NCBI GenBank assembly: GCA_965644295.1
Contig: CBFFRP010000392.1
Location: 1 to 24,845 of the forward strand
Direction: 5' to 3'
From: Paraphysomonas bandaiensis
Lineage: Eukaryota > Protista > Chrysophyceae
Length of the DNA stretch: 24,845 nucleotides
The notes under the pieces were generated by a model that saw only the letters and a program-made list of their open reading frames with translations, had not been told where the DNA came from and did not search any database. Made by a program: the position numbers and the translations under genes. This document shows positions 10,913 through 22,440 of this stretch, piece by piece (the first letter of the stretch is position 1; every line of letters starts with the position of its first letter).

Positions 10913-11347
10913 TCTGCAGACCAGAATATCTCCACTGCAACCCCCCCCCTACACACACTCCCATACAAAAAAACAGAATTCATTTTTCTGGACTTGTGTG
11001 GTAGGAATATGTATTGCTCCTATACAATCCTACAGTGATTTAAAAGTAGCATATTTCCCCTATACAGAAACAACAGTCGAATTGTACGTGGATTTTCATA
11101 TGAACCATAAACGAAACATCAAAAAACATGTTACAGTATCACAATAGCACACAGCCAGTACGAGTTTTAGTAAACGGTCGAAATCGTGCTAATTGTAAAC
11201 CACAATCTACATTATTCTATTATACAGTTCAGTATTCTATTATACAGTTCAGTACCGTATTATACAGCTCAGTATTGTGTAGTACAGTGTATTTATAGGC
11301 TAGTGCTGTTATCGCCATAGCTTGGTGTCTAAAAGTGTCCATAACTA

Positions 11348-12205
11348 CTATTCACTGATCCTATTGTGTACGATGCACTCAAAGATAAACCTATTCTATG
11401 CTTTGGTGAGTGTGAGAAGAGTAATATGTACGCTACGAGAGTTCCTGCTTTGATTCTTGTGTCCAGAGAAGTCAGACAGATTAGTGAACAATTTGAAGCT
11501 GAAAGAAATACCTGTCGTAATGACATTCGCGAGTTTAAAGAGACAGTGATGCATCAAATTGATGCAATGCGGACTGGTATGCCACAAGATTTGGTACGTG
11601 TGCTAACAGAGCGATTTGAAGTGAATGGCGTCATTCCATTAAGTCGAAGTGACGTAACGGCTTGTATAAATGAAATTCTCAGTCATCCAGAAGGCAATTT
11701 AATGGTATTAACGAGATGTGTAAAAGAATTAACTAATTCTGGTCGCGTGCAAACTACGGCAGATGATGAAAGAAGCAGCGACAATTCAGGTGAATTAAAA
11801 TCTCGTAATATTCATGTTTGGGAAGGTAGCCCTAATCTACATCGAGTACCTAAAGGATTTAAATTTCCCAGCTATGTAGTAGGTACAATGTGGAATCTAT
11901 GGTTCTTGGGAAACCGGAGAGAGAACATTGGTCCATATAGATTCATTGCACCATCAGTGGATCTAGTAACCAGAGCCTGCAGAAATAACTTTAGCCGTTG
12001 CAAAAAAGTTATGTCAAAACTACTTGACATAGCTATCCACGACAACAAAATCACTCGGGCACAAGATATAACAAGGGACAACGAACAAGAAGTGTACGAT
12101 TCTGCCTACACTAAGTTGCTACAGGATCTGTACGATGTCTACCCTAAACGACCCGCTACAATTAATATAAATACCATAGCCAACAAAATAAAAATTAGAA
12201 GGTAA
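11348..12205 (+). pseudogene. C-terminal part of Crypton-type protein
   Basis: The open frame begins at the deletion junction (11347). HRVPKGFKFPS...MWNLWFLGN...IGPYRFI...DL resembles the conserved C-terminal domain of stramenopile/fungal Cryptons. Confidence 0.75.
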
Positions 12206-12252
12206 GATATCAGCAAGCTTCAATTAATTTGAAAAAAGTAATAATAATCAAA

Positions 12253-13154
12253 CAATAATAAAAGCTGCACAACACACACATACACACCTTACACTCTCAG
12301 CGTAAACACAATGCTCCTCACTGTAGCTATACACTCATGCCTCAGGATCATACGGACTATGCATCAGAGGCTCCTCTTATATATTGCTGGATATATAATG
12401 CCATTAATAATACACAGCACACTGCATCGTACTATACTTACTTCATTGTGACCTCAAATGACAGGATGAATGGTATATCATATATATAATATATGTTCAG
12501 GGATGCTGCAGTAGTTCCGTACTGTAAGCTACAGTTAGCACCTCCACATATGATCATCTCACAATGGGGACATCATACCATCATTCACACCTCATCAATC
12601 AATAATAAAGCAGCACAATACACACATACACACCTTACACTCTCAGCGTAAACACAATGCTCTTCACTGTAGTTATACACTCATGCCTCAGGATCATACG
12701 GACTATGCATCAGAGGCTCCTCTTATATATTGCTGGATATATAATGCCATTAATAATACACAGCACACTGCATCGTACTATACTTACGTCATTGTGACCT
12801 CAAATGACAGGATGAATGGTATATCATATATATAATATATGTTCAGGGATGCTGCAGTAGTTCCGTACTGTAAGCTACAGTTAGCACCTCCACATATGAT
12901 CATCTCACAATGGGGACATCATACCATCATTCACACCTCATCAATCAATAATAAAGCAACACAATACACACATACACACCTTACACTCTCAGCGTAAACA
13001 CAATGCTCCTCACTGTAGCTATACACTCATGCCTCAGGATCATACGGACTATGCATCAGAGGCTCCTCTTATATATTGCTGGATATATATTGCCATCAAT
13101 AATACACAGCACACTGCATCGTACTATACTTACGTCATTGTGACCTTAAATGAC
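12253..13154. repeat. 346 bp tandem repeat, ~2.6 units (second copy)
   Basis: CCTTACACTC at 12287, 12633 and 12979. Confidence 0.97.
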
Positions 13155-13530
13155 CAGATGGCATTGTATCGTATTCTACTTACTTCACTGTGAGGTTAAA
13201 TGACAGGATGAAGTATATCGTATTCATATATAGATATGGCTCTATAACAGCTAGATTCTATATATATATATACATATGGTTCATCCTGCACTGTACAACC
13301 CCATACACTACTGCTATGCTGTACAATCCTATATGTATTGCTCCTATACAATCCTACAGTGATTTAAAAGTAGCATATTTCCCCTATACAGAAACAACAG
13401 TCGAATTGTACGTGGATTTTTATATGAACCATAAACGAAACATCAAAAAACATGTTATCACAATAGCACACAGCCATATTTTGTAACGGCTGAGTAGCAT
13501 ATAAGTACGAGTTTTTGTAATATATACGTA

Positions 13531-13606
13531 GAAAAAAATAAATCGCCATCTGAGGGTGTGGGGAATAGCGAGTGGTGATGATGAGTGAGAACTTTTCTCG
13601 TTTTTC
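13531..13606 (-). repeat. Subterminal remnant related to the left end of the TIR insertion
   Basis: Reverse complement of ~8259-8345 (GAAAAACGAGAAAAGTTCTCACTCATCATCACCACTC...CCCTCAGA...GATGGCG..ATTTATTTTTTTC). It lacks the outer ~18 bp of the TIR. Confidence 0.88.
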
Positions 13607-13644
13607 GAGGTGGGTGGCTGAGGTGTGAGTGTATTTCTAGAACT

Positions 13645-14382
13645 TATGTATGTATGTATGTATGTATGTATGTATGTATGTATGTATGTATGTATGTATG
13701 TATGTATGTATGTATGTATGTATGTATGTATGTATGTATGTATGTATGTATGTATGTATGTATGTATGTATGTATGTATGTATGTATGTATGTATGTATG
13801 TATGTATGTATGTATGTATGTATGTATGTATGTATGTATGTATGTATGTATGTATGTATGTATGTATGTATGTATGTATGTATGTATGTATGTATGTATG
13901 TATGTATGTATGTATGTATGTATGTATGTATGTATGTATGTATGTATGTATGTATGTATGTATGTATGTATGTATGTATGTATGTATGTATGTATGTATG
14001 TATGTATGTATGTATGTATGTATGTATGTATGTATGTATGTATGTATGTATGTATGTATGTATGTATGTATGTATGTATGTATGTATGTATGTATGTATG
14101 TATGTATGTATGTATGTATGTATGTATGTATGTATGTATGTATGTATGTATGTATGTATGTATGTATGTATGTATGTATGTATGTATGTATGTATGTATG
14201 TATGTATGTATGTATGTATGTATGTATGTATGTATGTATGTATGTATGTATGTATGTATGATGTATGTATGTATGTATGTATGTATGTATGTATGTATGT
14301 ATGTATGTATGTATGTATGTATGTATGTATGTATGTATGTATGTATGTATGTATGTATGTATGTATTATGTATGTATGTATG
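13645..14382. repeat. (TATG)n microsatellite, ~740 bp
   Basis: Near-perfect tetranucleotide run with single-base interruptions at ~14261 and ~14366. Confidence 0.99.
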
Positions 14383-14484
14383 TGCATGTTTGAAGCAGAG
14401 AGACTGAAGACGTGCATGAATTTACATCAATTTGTTAGAAATAATAGTAAATAAGCAACTACACTTTTTTGACAGTACTCGTAA

Positions 14485-16424
14485 ATGCAGAATGGTAAGA
14501 TTAATAAGAGTTACTTATTCGCGTATCATTTTTACTTAGAATCAGGAGTTTATGTACCACCTCACTTGAGAGAGAGAGGAGGCCCCCCTTCAGACAGCTC
14601 CCATAGCGAGGGAGCGGATCAGCGAAACAGTCGTGGAGGATATCAGGGTGGATGGGGAAAAGGTTCCCGTGAGGCGTGGGGTGGAGGGGATCAGCAAGAT
14701 CGTGGATATCATGGTCGAGGCTACGAAACTAATTCTCGTTGGAAAACAGGAGGTGATGAAGGTTATGGATCTCGAGTAGGTGTCTATGGTCGCTCAGGGT
14801 ATGGTGGTGGAGGGGGATACCATGGTGGCGGTGGTGGGTATGGTCCAAAGCGGAATTCTTTGGGATTTCATGGCGATGAACGCCCGAACCGGCGGTTGGA
14901 GCAGGAATTATTTGATATTACAGATTCTCAGAGTATAGGCATTAACTTTGACAAGGTATGGAGTTCAGAAATATGGTTGTAGTTTTTGTAATTGAATTAC
15001 AGTACGATGATATTCCGGTGGAAGTGAGCGATGGATGTCCAGAACCAATAGCCGAGTTTTCTGTGGAGTCAATTGGTGAGGGATTGTACAAGAATGTTAC
15101 GTTGTCGAAGTACTTGAAGCCAACACCTGTGCAAAAGTATTCGATACCAATTGGACTTGCTGGTGCAGATATGATGGCTTGTGCCCAGACTGGATCGGGA
15201 AAAACCGCTGGTTTTTTGTTTCCATCAATATCGTCCATGTTAACACATGGGCCACTTATTCTTCCAGGGGGGACTAGCAGCCGCAGTATTTACCCAACAG
15301 CCCTAATTTTGGCACCTACTCGGGAGTTGGCGGGCCAGATCTATGACGAAGCACAGAAGTTTTGTTATTGCACTGGGATCCGTCCGGTTGTGGTTTATGG
15401 CGGCGCCAATATACACAACCAAATGCGTGAGCTTGAGCGTGGTGCCGACATGCTTGTTGCTACGCCAGGAAGATTAGTCGACCTCATCGAGCGAGGACGA
15501 ATTAAGTTAGATGCCATCCGTTTCCTTATTTTAGATGAGGCTGACAGAATGCTGGATATGGGGTTTGAACCTCAAATACGGAGAATTGTTGAGCAGGAAG
15601 GGATGCCAACTGAAAGACAAACGTTTATGTTTTCTGCGACATTCCCCACTGAAATTCAAAGGCTTGCAGCAGACTTCATGAAAGACTATATCTTTCTTGC
15701 TGTAGGAAGAGTTGGAGCTGCATCAAAAGATGTAACTCAGAGTATTGAATGGGTAGAAGAAGCTGATAAAGTAGCGTATACAATCGATTTCCTTAAGAGA
15801 GCCCCCGAAGGATTGGTATTGATTTTTGTTGAGACGAAACGAGGTGCTGATTATTTGGAGGAATGTTTATGTAGAAATAACTTTCCCGCGTCTTCTATAC
15901 ACGGTGACAAATCTCAGCGTGAAAGGGAAGAAGCTCTGCGTCTCTTCAAGACAGGACGCACACCAATTCTTGTTGCAACTGATGTAGCCTCCAGGGGTCT
16001 GGATATTCCGAACGTCACACAAGTTATCAACTTTGACCTTCCTTCTCATATTGACGACTATGTCCATCGCATTGGGCGTACTGGACGTGTGGGTAATGTA
16101 GGTAGCGCACTCTCTATGATGAATGATCGTAATCGCAACATATCGAAAGATTTAGCCGACCTATTTATTGAGAACCAGCAGCTGTGTCCGCATTGGCTGG
16201 AGCGGATGTCTGTGCCGCAATACGGAGGCAAAGGTGGAAGAGGGCGAGGTAGAGGAGGAAATAAGTTTGGCGCCAGAGATATGCGTAAAGATCGTGGAGG
16301 GGGGGGAGGACGAGGTGGAAATTGGGGAGGTCCCCAGAGCCATGTGTACAGCAGTGCTCCGCCTAATGCTGGGCCGCGCTATCCTGATACCAGACATGGA
16401 TTTTCTGACAACAGTGCGTGGTAA
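14485..16424 (+). CDS. DED1: ATP-dependent DEAD-box RNA helicase DED1/DDX3 (exons 14485-14494, 14540-14955, 15003-16424; 615 aa)
   Basis: YVPPHLR, GINFDK|YDDIPVE across a GT-AG intron (14956-15002), [43 protein letters not shown], and RGG-rich termini. The first intron (14495-14539, GTAAGA...TTAG) is inferred. Confidence 0.96.
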
Positions 16425-16910
16425 TTCCCTTTATTTGTTGTTTGGAAGGAAGATTTTTGAAGTAAATTGAGCTTTTACTACTGTTGGACGCATTTATATA
16501 CTTTAGTAGTGGTATTAGCTGCACTTCTTTTTCTATATATATTCATCTGAGTATGAAATTCCTGAACACAGTAAGAACCATCCGTGCAACACGAAGCGAA
16601 TATAATATAGAGTTATTTCACCGCTGATTCTTTAAAGCTATAACAATTTGGTATTATTTCAAGCCGCATTCGTTTGTATAAATGCAGTAAAATTGGGGTA
16701 TTATCAAAGTTTGACATCATATGAGAAGTATTAACTTAACAACGAATAAAGAATTGATCTTAGTAAGTAGTGAATGTCTGATTATTTAGCAATAGGCGTT
16801 GAGACCTTGCATCAATTAATGGCTAGAAGAATGCTAGTCATACTAGTTAGACCACTACCCGTAACTAATCAATACAAACTCTTTTATCCTACTATTTAAC
16901 GCTACGAAAG

Positions 16911-18430
16911 CTGCTTGTGCGTCGCCGCAAGCACCAAGGTGCAACCACTTCCGTTCTTTTTGTGTGATATGAAATTCGCCTTTATCGAGTGTCCGTGGAA
17001 TCACCGGCGCTTTTGATCTGGGGGTCTCCCTTTGGGATGGGTCTCTGTTGGGTTTGGAGGAGGCTCAGTGTGGTATATTAATGCCATAAGTGTTCCGAGT
17101 TCCAGGTGAGTGGGTTGAGAGGTGGATGAGGTGGTGGGGGGTGGTGGTAGATGTGTGGGGGTGCCAAGGTCGAGTACTCTGATAGACCTATGCACGAGAT
17201 GACCATGATGATGATGATGGTCTGGAGGAGACACTCGGACGTCCTCAGCTGCCCTTGGTAGTGTCTGTGTCAGTGCAGGGGGGTACAGGCTGAGGCATAG
17301 AGAGTGTGTGGAAGGAAGATGACGGCAAGGTATCAGAGACGAAGGGAGAGGAGATAGTTTGTCCGGGGGTTTTCTAGGAGGAGGTAGAGTGTACTGTGTG
17401 TGTGTATGACAGTGCAGTGATAATATCGTATCGGCAGTCTGCATCTTATTTTTCGGGAATAAATTGAAGCAAATATTCTCTATATTACTGCAATACAACT
17501 ACGGCTGGAATACACATAATTGTTATCTCAATATTAGAGCCATCTTTGAACAAAAATACACAAAGGATGCCGATACGATGAGTGTGTTGGACAGTGAGAG
17601 AGAGCTGGTGATGTGTCCAACAGTACAGGTAGACAAGTACATGGACATGGTGATGTGTCCAACAGTACAGGTAGACAGGTACATGTACATGGTGATGTGT
17701 CCAACAGTGCAGGCATACAGGTAGGGAGGTAGGACTACCGCCTGTATACCTACAGTACCAGTGTAGTCGTGTGGGTTGGAGCTGTGTGGTGTACTGCAGT
17801 ATATTTGCATCGTCTTGGCATGGTATACATCCTGTAGGGCACAGTAATACAGTAGTCGAGTATACCGTATGCGGAATACAGTGTCTATCCAATGAGATGG
17901 ATGGGCTGTGGGGGTGATAGGTGAACAGGGTGAGGGGGTAGCCTGCTGGGTGGATGGACCACAGACAAACCATGTTGGGTTGGGCTGAGTTGTCGTCAGG
18001 AGACGGCCCTGTTGTGCAGTGGAGAGGTGTCGAGAGGAGACAGGGGTTGCAGAGAAGGTACATGGGGGCCGTTTGCGTGGATCTGCTCGCACGAGTCATG
18101 CTGTAAGTGGTTGTATCCGTAGAGAACCGTGTAGGAGACGAAGGTGTCTCCTTAGGTGATAGCATATGCATGCGGTCAGCGCTGCATTGGTGCAGGCACG
18201 TTGTTTACCTGAGACAGGTGGGTAGGGTGGAAGTTGCAAGGCCACGCAGTGAGGCTTGGAGCATGTACACCATGGTAAGACAAGAGATTTGTCGGAAGGG
18301 TGGTGGTCTACAAAATTCAGCTGTACGGGGGAGTAAGAGGCCGATCGAGGCCTGGACACGCTGATGTGACGCTGCCACGGTCTCAATAGAGACATTGGGC
18401 TTGGAGCTGGCTAGAAGGGTGCAACTTTTT
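16911..18430 (-). mobile_element. Degenerate copy of unidentified repeat family (Pro/Thr-rich ORF ending PKGRPPD)
   Basis: The 3' end matches 24744-24845. Peptide fragments resemble the ORF at 23755-24654. Boundaries are approximate. Confidence 0.45.
17606..17724. repeat. 42 bp tandem repeat, ~2.8 units
   Basis: TGGTGATGTGTCCAACAGT at 17606, 17648 and 17690. Confidence 0.95.
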
Positions 18431-18694
18431 GTTGGACTGTATTTGCAACCGTAGGGCAGAGAATATATGATCTTAGTAATAGTTAAACAGTGTTGTGATT
18501 ATTAGGGCGTCCAGTAATGAACACGATAGAGTGAGAATTATAAACAACATATAAAACATAACTATCATGCACAACGGAATAGTTAGAAGTGTAACTGATA
18601 ATGACGACGTTATGATGACGATCATGTATCTTCAACAGCCAGATACTCTCTCTAATTCAGTTCTTGATATATTTCATTGGACATTATAACTCAC

Positions 18695-19076
18695 TGTTGT
18701 CATCCCCGTATAGGAGGTTGGCTGTCATTGGAGTGAAAGCTTGGTTTGATAGTATACTGCTGTATATTGCACTATACTGTGGATGTATAGTATACAGGAT
18801 ATATACAGTGTAGACAGCCAGCTACAGTAGGGTAACGGTATACCATTATACGGTGTATGATGACAATACGGTGTAGGATATGTACAGTCCAATATGTACA
18901 GTGGATTGGTATAGAGTAAGGGCATATATATGTGCCCAAGCAGTGAGCTGTAGGTGTAGTCTGTGATAGAAGATAGATTAGAATGCTAGTCATTATTATC
19001 ACAGATAACCTCTGATAAAACAAGTTAATAACACTATCATTACTATCAACTTGTGGCTTGTTATTGCCTTACAACA
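18695..19076 (+). repeat. 5' LTR
   Basis: TGTTG...CAACA. By eye it differs from the 3' LTR only at 18941-18942 (CA vs GT). Confidence 0.97.
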
Positions 19077-19099
19077 TTAACTTGTTCTCGAGAGTATGT

Positions 19100-22000
19100 T
19101 ATCTGAAGCATGTCGCTCCAGCAGTTGGTTACGATGACCGGAAGAGCAGAGAGAGTGTATGTATGTATATGGAGTATAGGAGTGCTGTTTTTGAGTTTGA
19201 GGAGACTGTGGAAGAGGAATTGAAAAAGGCTAATTTCACGGGTATTTTGGAGAACACAGATCACCAGCCGTTTGCTCCTGTTGTGGCCTTTTGGAGTGTT
19301 TATCAAATAAGGAGGCCCTTGTGTACAAAATAATGACTATTCGAGTGGTTCAACGGCATAATAGAGGAGTGTAACTAGTGCAAGTAATTCTTTGTTGGGG
19401 ATTTGATTGACTTTTATTATTTCTTCTGGGTTGATTGGTTTATAATGTACCAAGGTGGCATCAATATTCCTCCTGCTCTGGCTTTTCCTGAAACATTAGC
19501 CTCACCTTCATTGAGCGTTGAGAAGTCAATGACAGAGATTGGAATGCGTGGAAAGTGGTGATCTTCGAAACAGGATCTTACGTGTATCATGATTTTTGCG
19601 AATGTCCGGTTGTTGTCTGTGATCGTCAAACATAGAGAACGATCAAGAGGGCGATGTTATAATTAGTGAAGAATATGAGTTAGGTCCAGTGGAGTATCGA
19701 CAGAGTGTATGCAGCGGTTTGTTGGGGTGAATAAGGGTCAGAATCAATGGGAGGATGCATGCATGATGGCCCTTGTGGATTCAGGAGCAAACAGAAGTTG
19801 CTGCTGTGTTGAGGTTGAGAGTATATTTGAGTGTGGGATCGGCATGGAAATTTGGTTGTACGACAGCCGTATATATTATTACGTAAGGCATATACATCAG
19901 TTGGATTATGTTGATATCAGAGCCTTAGTTGAGTGTGAATATAATGTTCAGGAGGGTTCAGTAGATGACTCGAGATATGTATCAGGTGTTGGCAATTTAG
20001 AAAATGGTGCTTGTTGCCAGGAGCTACTGTTAATCCGTCAGTGATAGAGGAGGTGTATTTACATCAGATGTTTCGCATGTTTGCTACTAGCTAAGGGCAA
20101 CCTAATCTGTTGCATCGAACAGTTGTTTCCGGGATTCATATTGTGATAGTTGGACATATGATTGGATTGGATTATATATATATAATATATGTGTGTGGAC
20201 GTGTCAAGAAGATATAAATGGGCGTCGTTGGTAAGAGAACACGAGGAGTCGGAAGATCTATATTGGCTGCAGTTGTGTCAACTCGTGCGTTTCTATAAAT
20301 AGATGGTCATGAGGTTAAGGTACTTAGTCTCGTTGCGAGAATTGTTGTAGAGCCGGCAGCTCCTGAAGCATAGTTTTAAAAGCTTGCGGTATGGTCGATG
20401 CCAACAGTGGATAAAGGAGTACCGGTTGTTCTTGCGCATCAGTTTCATAAAAGCTTTTAGTGGAGAATATACTCCGTATTATTGGGTAGCGGCCGGTGGT
20501 GTCAGTGGTATTGCATCACAGTAGCAGTTAAAATTTTGTGTTTGTACCGCATGCAGAGTTTGAATTTGGGTATATAGGCTCAACTTGTGGTACAAAAATG
20601 GAGCTACACTTGTTTATATATACCGGGTCGAAAGGAAGTGGAAAGTTCTATGTGCGTGGAGATGTGCGGGTGGTGAAGTTAGGAGTTGAAGATTATGTTA
20701 AATGAATGAAAGATTCAGGAGATGGTTCCTACGATTGATGAGAAATGGACCACAGAGTTATAAATCAGTTCAAGGACTTCTGTGGGAACTGTTGAGTTGT
20801 GTGCGGCATCATGGTACTCTAACCATAAATAGATATGTTTGGTCAAGAGTTCAGGAGGGTGTATAGGCAATGGAAACAGTACACATGCTCAGGAGGGTGT
20901 GCTACAGGAGAGTATCATATATGTTACAGGGGTCTGGTCTGGTCTGGTTTGGTTGTGTCGTGTATGTGGCTATATACAAGAGTTTATTTAGAGATCGACA
21001 ACCTATTCAAAAGTATATACACCCGCCGAGTGACAGCAACACGAGGGAAACCCGAGAGTTAAAATTACGGTTAGTTTTATTCAAGGACCTACTAGTAGGT
21101 ATATACAAAGCAGCAGTGCGTTTATTTCGTTTGGTTGGTTTCTGGGATTTGTACTGTTATTATTCGACTGTGTGAAGTTACGATTTCTTTTGAAAGAAAG
21201 AGTTATTATGTTGCGAATGAGGTGTCAGCGTATCAAAGTTTTTTTTTTTTTGGGAGAGACTGAATGATCAGGGTGAAAGTTTTGTCAGTGTGATCAGTTA
21301 TATAGTTCTTCGTCGTTCTTCACTGTTTCAATGAATGCAAAAGAAGAGTTAATTCGGAATAAGTTGAAAAGTGTCTCAAACATATAATAGGGTATATGTT
21401 ACATGGTGAAGTAAAGTACATATATTTTGTTCTGCAATTTGTATGGATTTAGTTGATGATCTTAATAGATTGTGTGAGAATCTTTGAGACAAAGTAATTC
21501 GGATGTTCAGTTGTTCGTTATGAGTTATGTTTAAATATTGTGTTACAATTATAAAGGAAAGGAGTGATTGGTATTTCGACAATGCCGGTTCAGTGTTCGA
21601 CAGCTTGTGAATTCAATGACCATGCAACATTATTTAATTCGTGCAGTGGTACAGTGTGTGTGTTTTCTTTTTTCCTCGAATGACCCGTTGTTATTTATAT
21701 TCCAATGGTTCTTAAAGTTACGCATTCGTGATGGTTGTGTGTGATGTTACGAAGAATATGTGTTCAACAGTATCATATTATCAGGAGTGTTATTGTAGCG
21801 ACGACATTATTTGATCATAAATTTATTGGAGATTTTCCTGACAGCAAGTTTCAATTTCGATGATGGTTATCGGCAGCAGTTGAATGAATGACAAATAATT
21901 GCATCTGCATTCTCCATGTGAGTTTATAATGTTGACATTGTTGGGAGGAGTGTGATACTACTGTATACTCTTTCGAGAGTGTTATTTTCAAACAAATCCA

Positions 22001-22350
22001 TCATTACTGCGAAGGATATAATGTCGAAAGAGTTCAATGCATTGGTCGATAGTTTATTTCAGTATGAGTTGGTGATATTATGAAGGAGAACTTGGTCCTT
22101 AGGCACGAACAAGGATCAGAGCTGGTTATATATGGCAGTTCAAAAGGTCGACTACATGGTGATCATTTGTGTGAGTTAAAGTCCAATACTGAGAGATATT
22201 TGGTTTCGAAAATTGCTTGCGGGCTAGGCCTACTTGTGTGCAGTTGGAACCTACTCTAATATTTGCAGATAAAATGCGTTGTTGATTATTATGGAGGAGT
22301 TTTTTTTAGTGGAAATCATAAGAAGGTCCTGCGGAGGATAAAAGAGAAAA
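19100..22350 (+). pseudogene. Heavily degenerated gag-pol remnant (Copia-like)
   Basis: No long ORF. Only the protease DSGA motif and RNase H fragments (KEFNALVD, IWFRKLL, PTLIFAD, GNHKKV) are readable. Confidence 0.6.
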
Positions 22351-22440
22351 CAGGGAAGGATGATCTGGTTTGTATTTTGATATACGATGACTAATATATT
22401 GTTTTCAGATTATAAATCAACAATTATGATCGATATCATC

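Larger units (their letters stand above)
8241..11006. mobile_element. TIR-bounded insertion (~2.77 kb), no recognisable transposase
   Basis: 8241-8264 TCCTACCAGACAAGTCCAGAAAAA is the reverse complement of 10983-11006 with 1 mismatch. The segment is absent from the equivalent site in copy 2 (13330/13331). Confidence 0.85.
5942..11168 (+). mobile_element. Crypton-like tyrosine-recombinase DNA transposon, copy 1 (internally deleted, interrupted by TIR insertion)
   Basis: 5942-6106 matches 11164-11347. 6988-8244 matches 12074-13330. 11007-11168 matches 13331-13515. Contains a YR-like ORF. Confidence 0.8.
11164..13515 (+). mobile_element. Crypton-like element, copy 2 (N-terminal and catalytic coding region deleted)
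   Basis: Same 5' end and 3' tail as copy 1, joined head-to-tail to it at GTTTT. Confidence 0.8.

Noticed and set aside
13585-14454. YVCM/HTYI ORFs, or a telomeric tract
   Set aside because: These are translation artefacts of (TATG)n. The tract is interstitial and not a telomere motif I recognise.
16828-16841. AGAATGCTAGTCAT shared with the LTRs
   Set aside because: The similarity does not extend either way and is too short to call an LTR remnant.
18725-19023. Short ORFs within LTRs (also 5455-5637, 23061-23359) and antisense ORFs over pol, Crypton and DED1
   Set aside because: They recur only because the DNA is repeated or shadows real coding frames, and they show no protein motifs.
18695-19076. 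Solo LTR
   Set aside because: Its own flanks differ (CTCAC vs TTAAC). The matching CTCAC follows 23412, so it is the 5' LTR of a full element.
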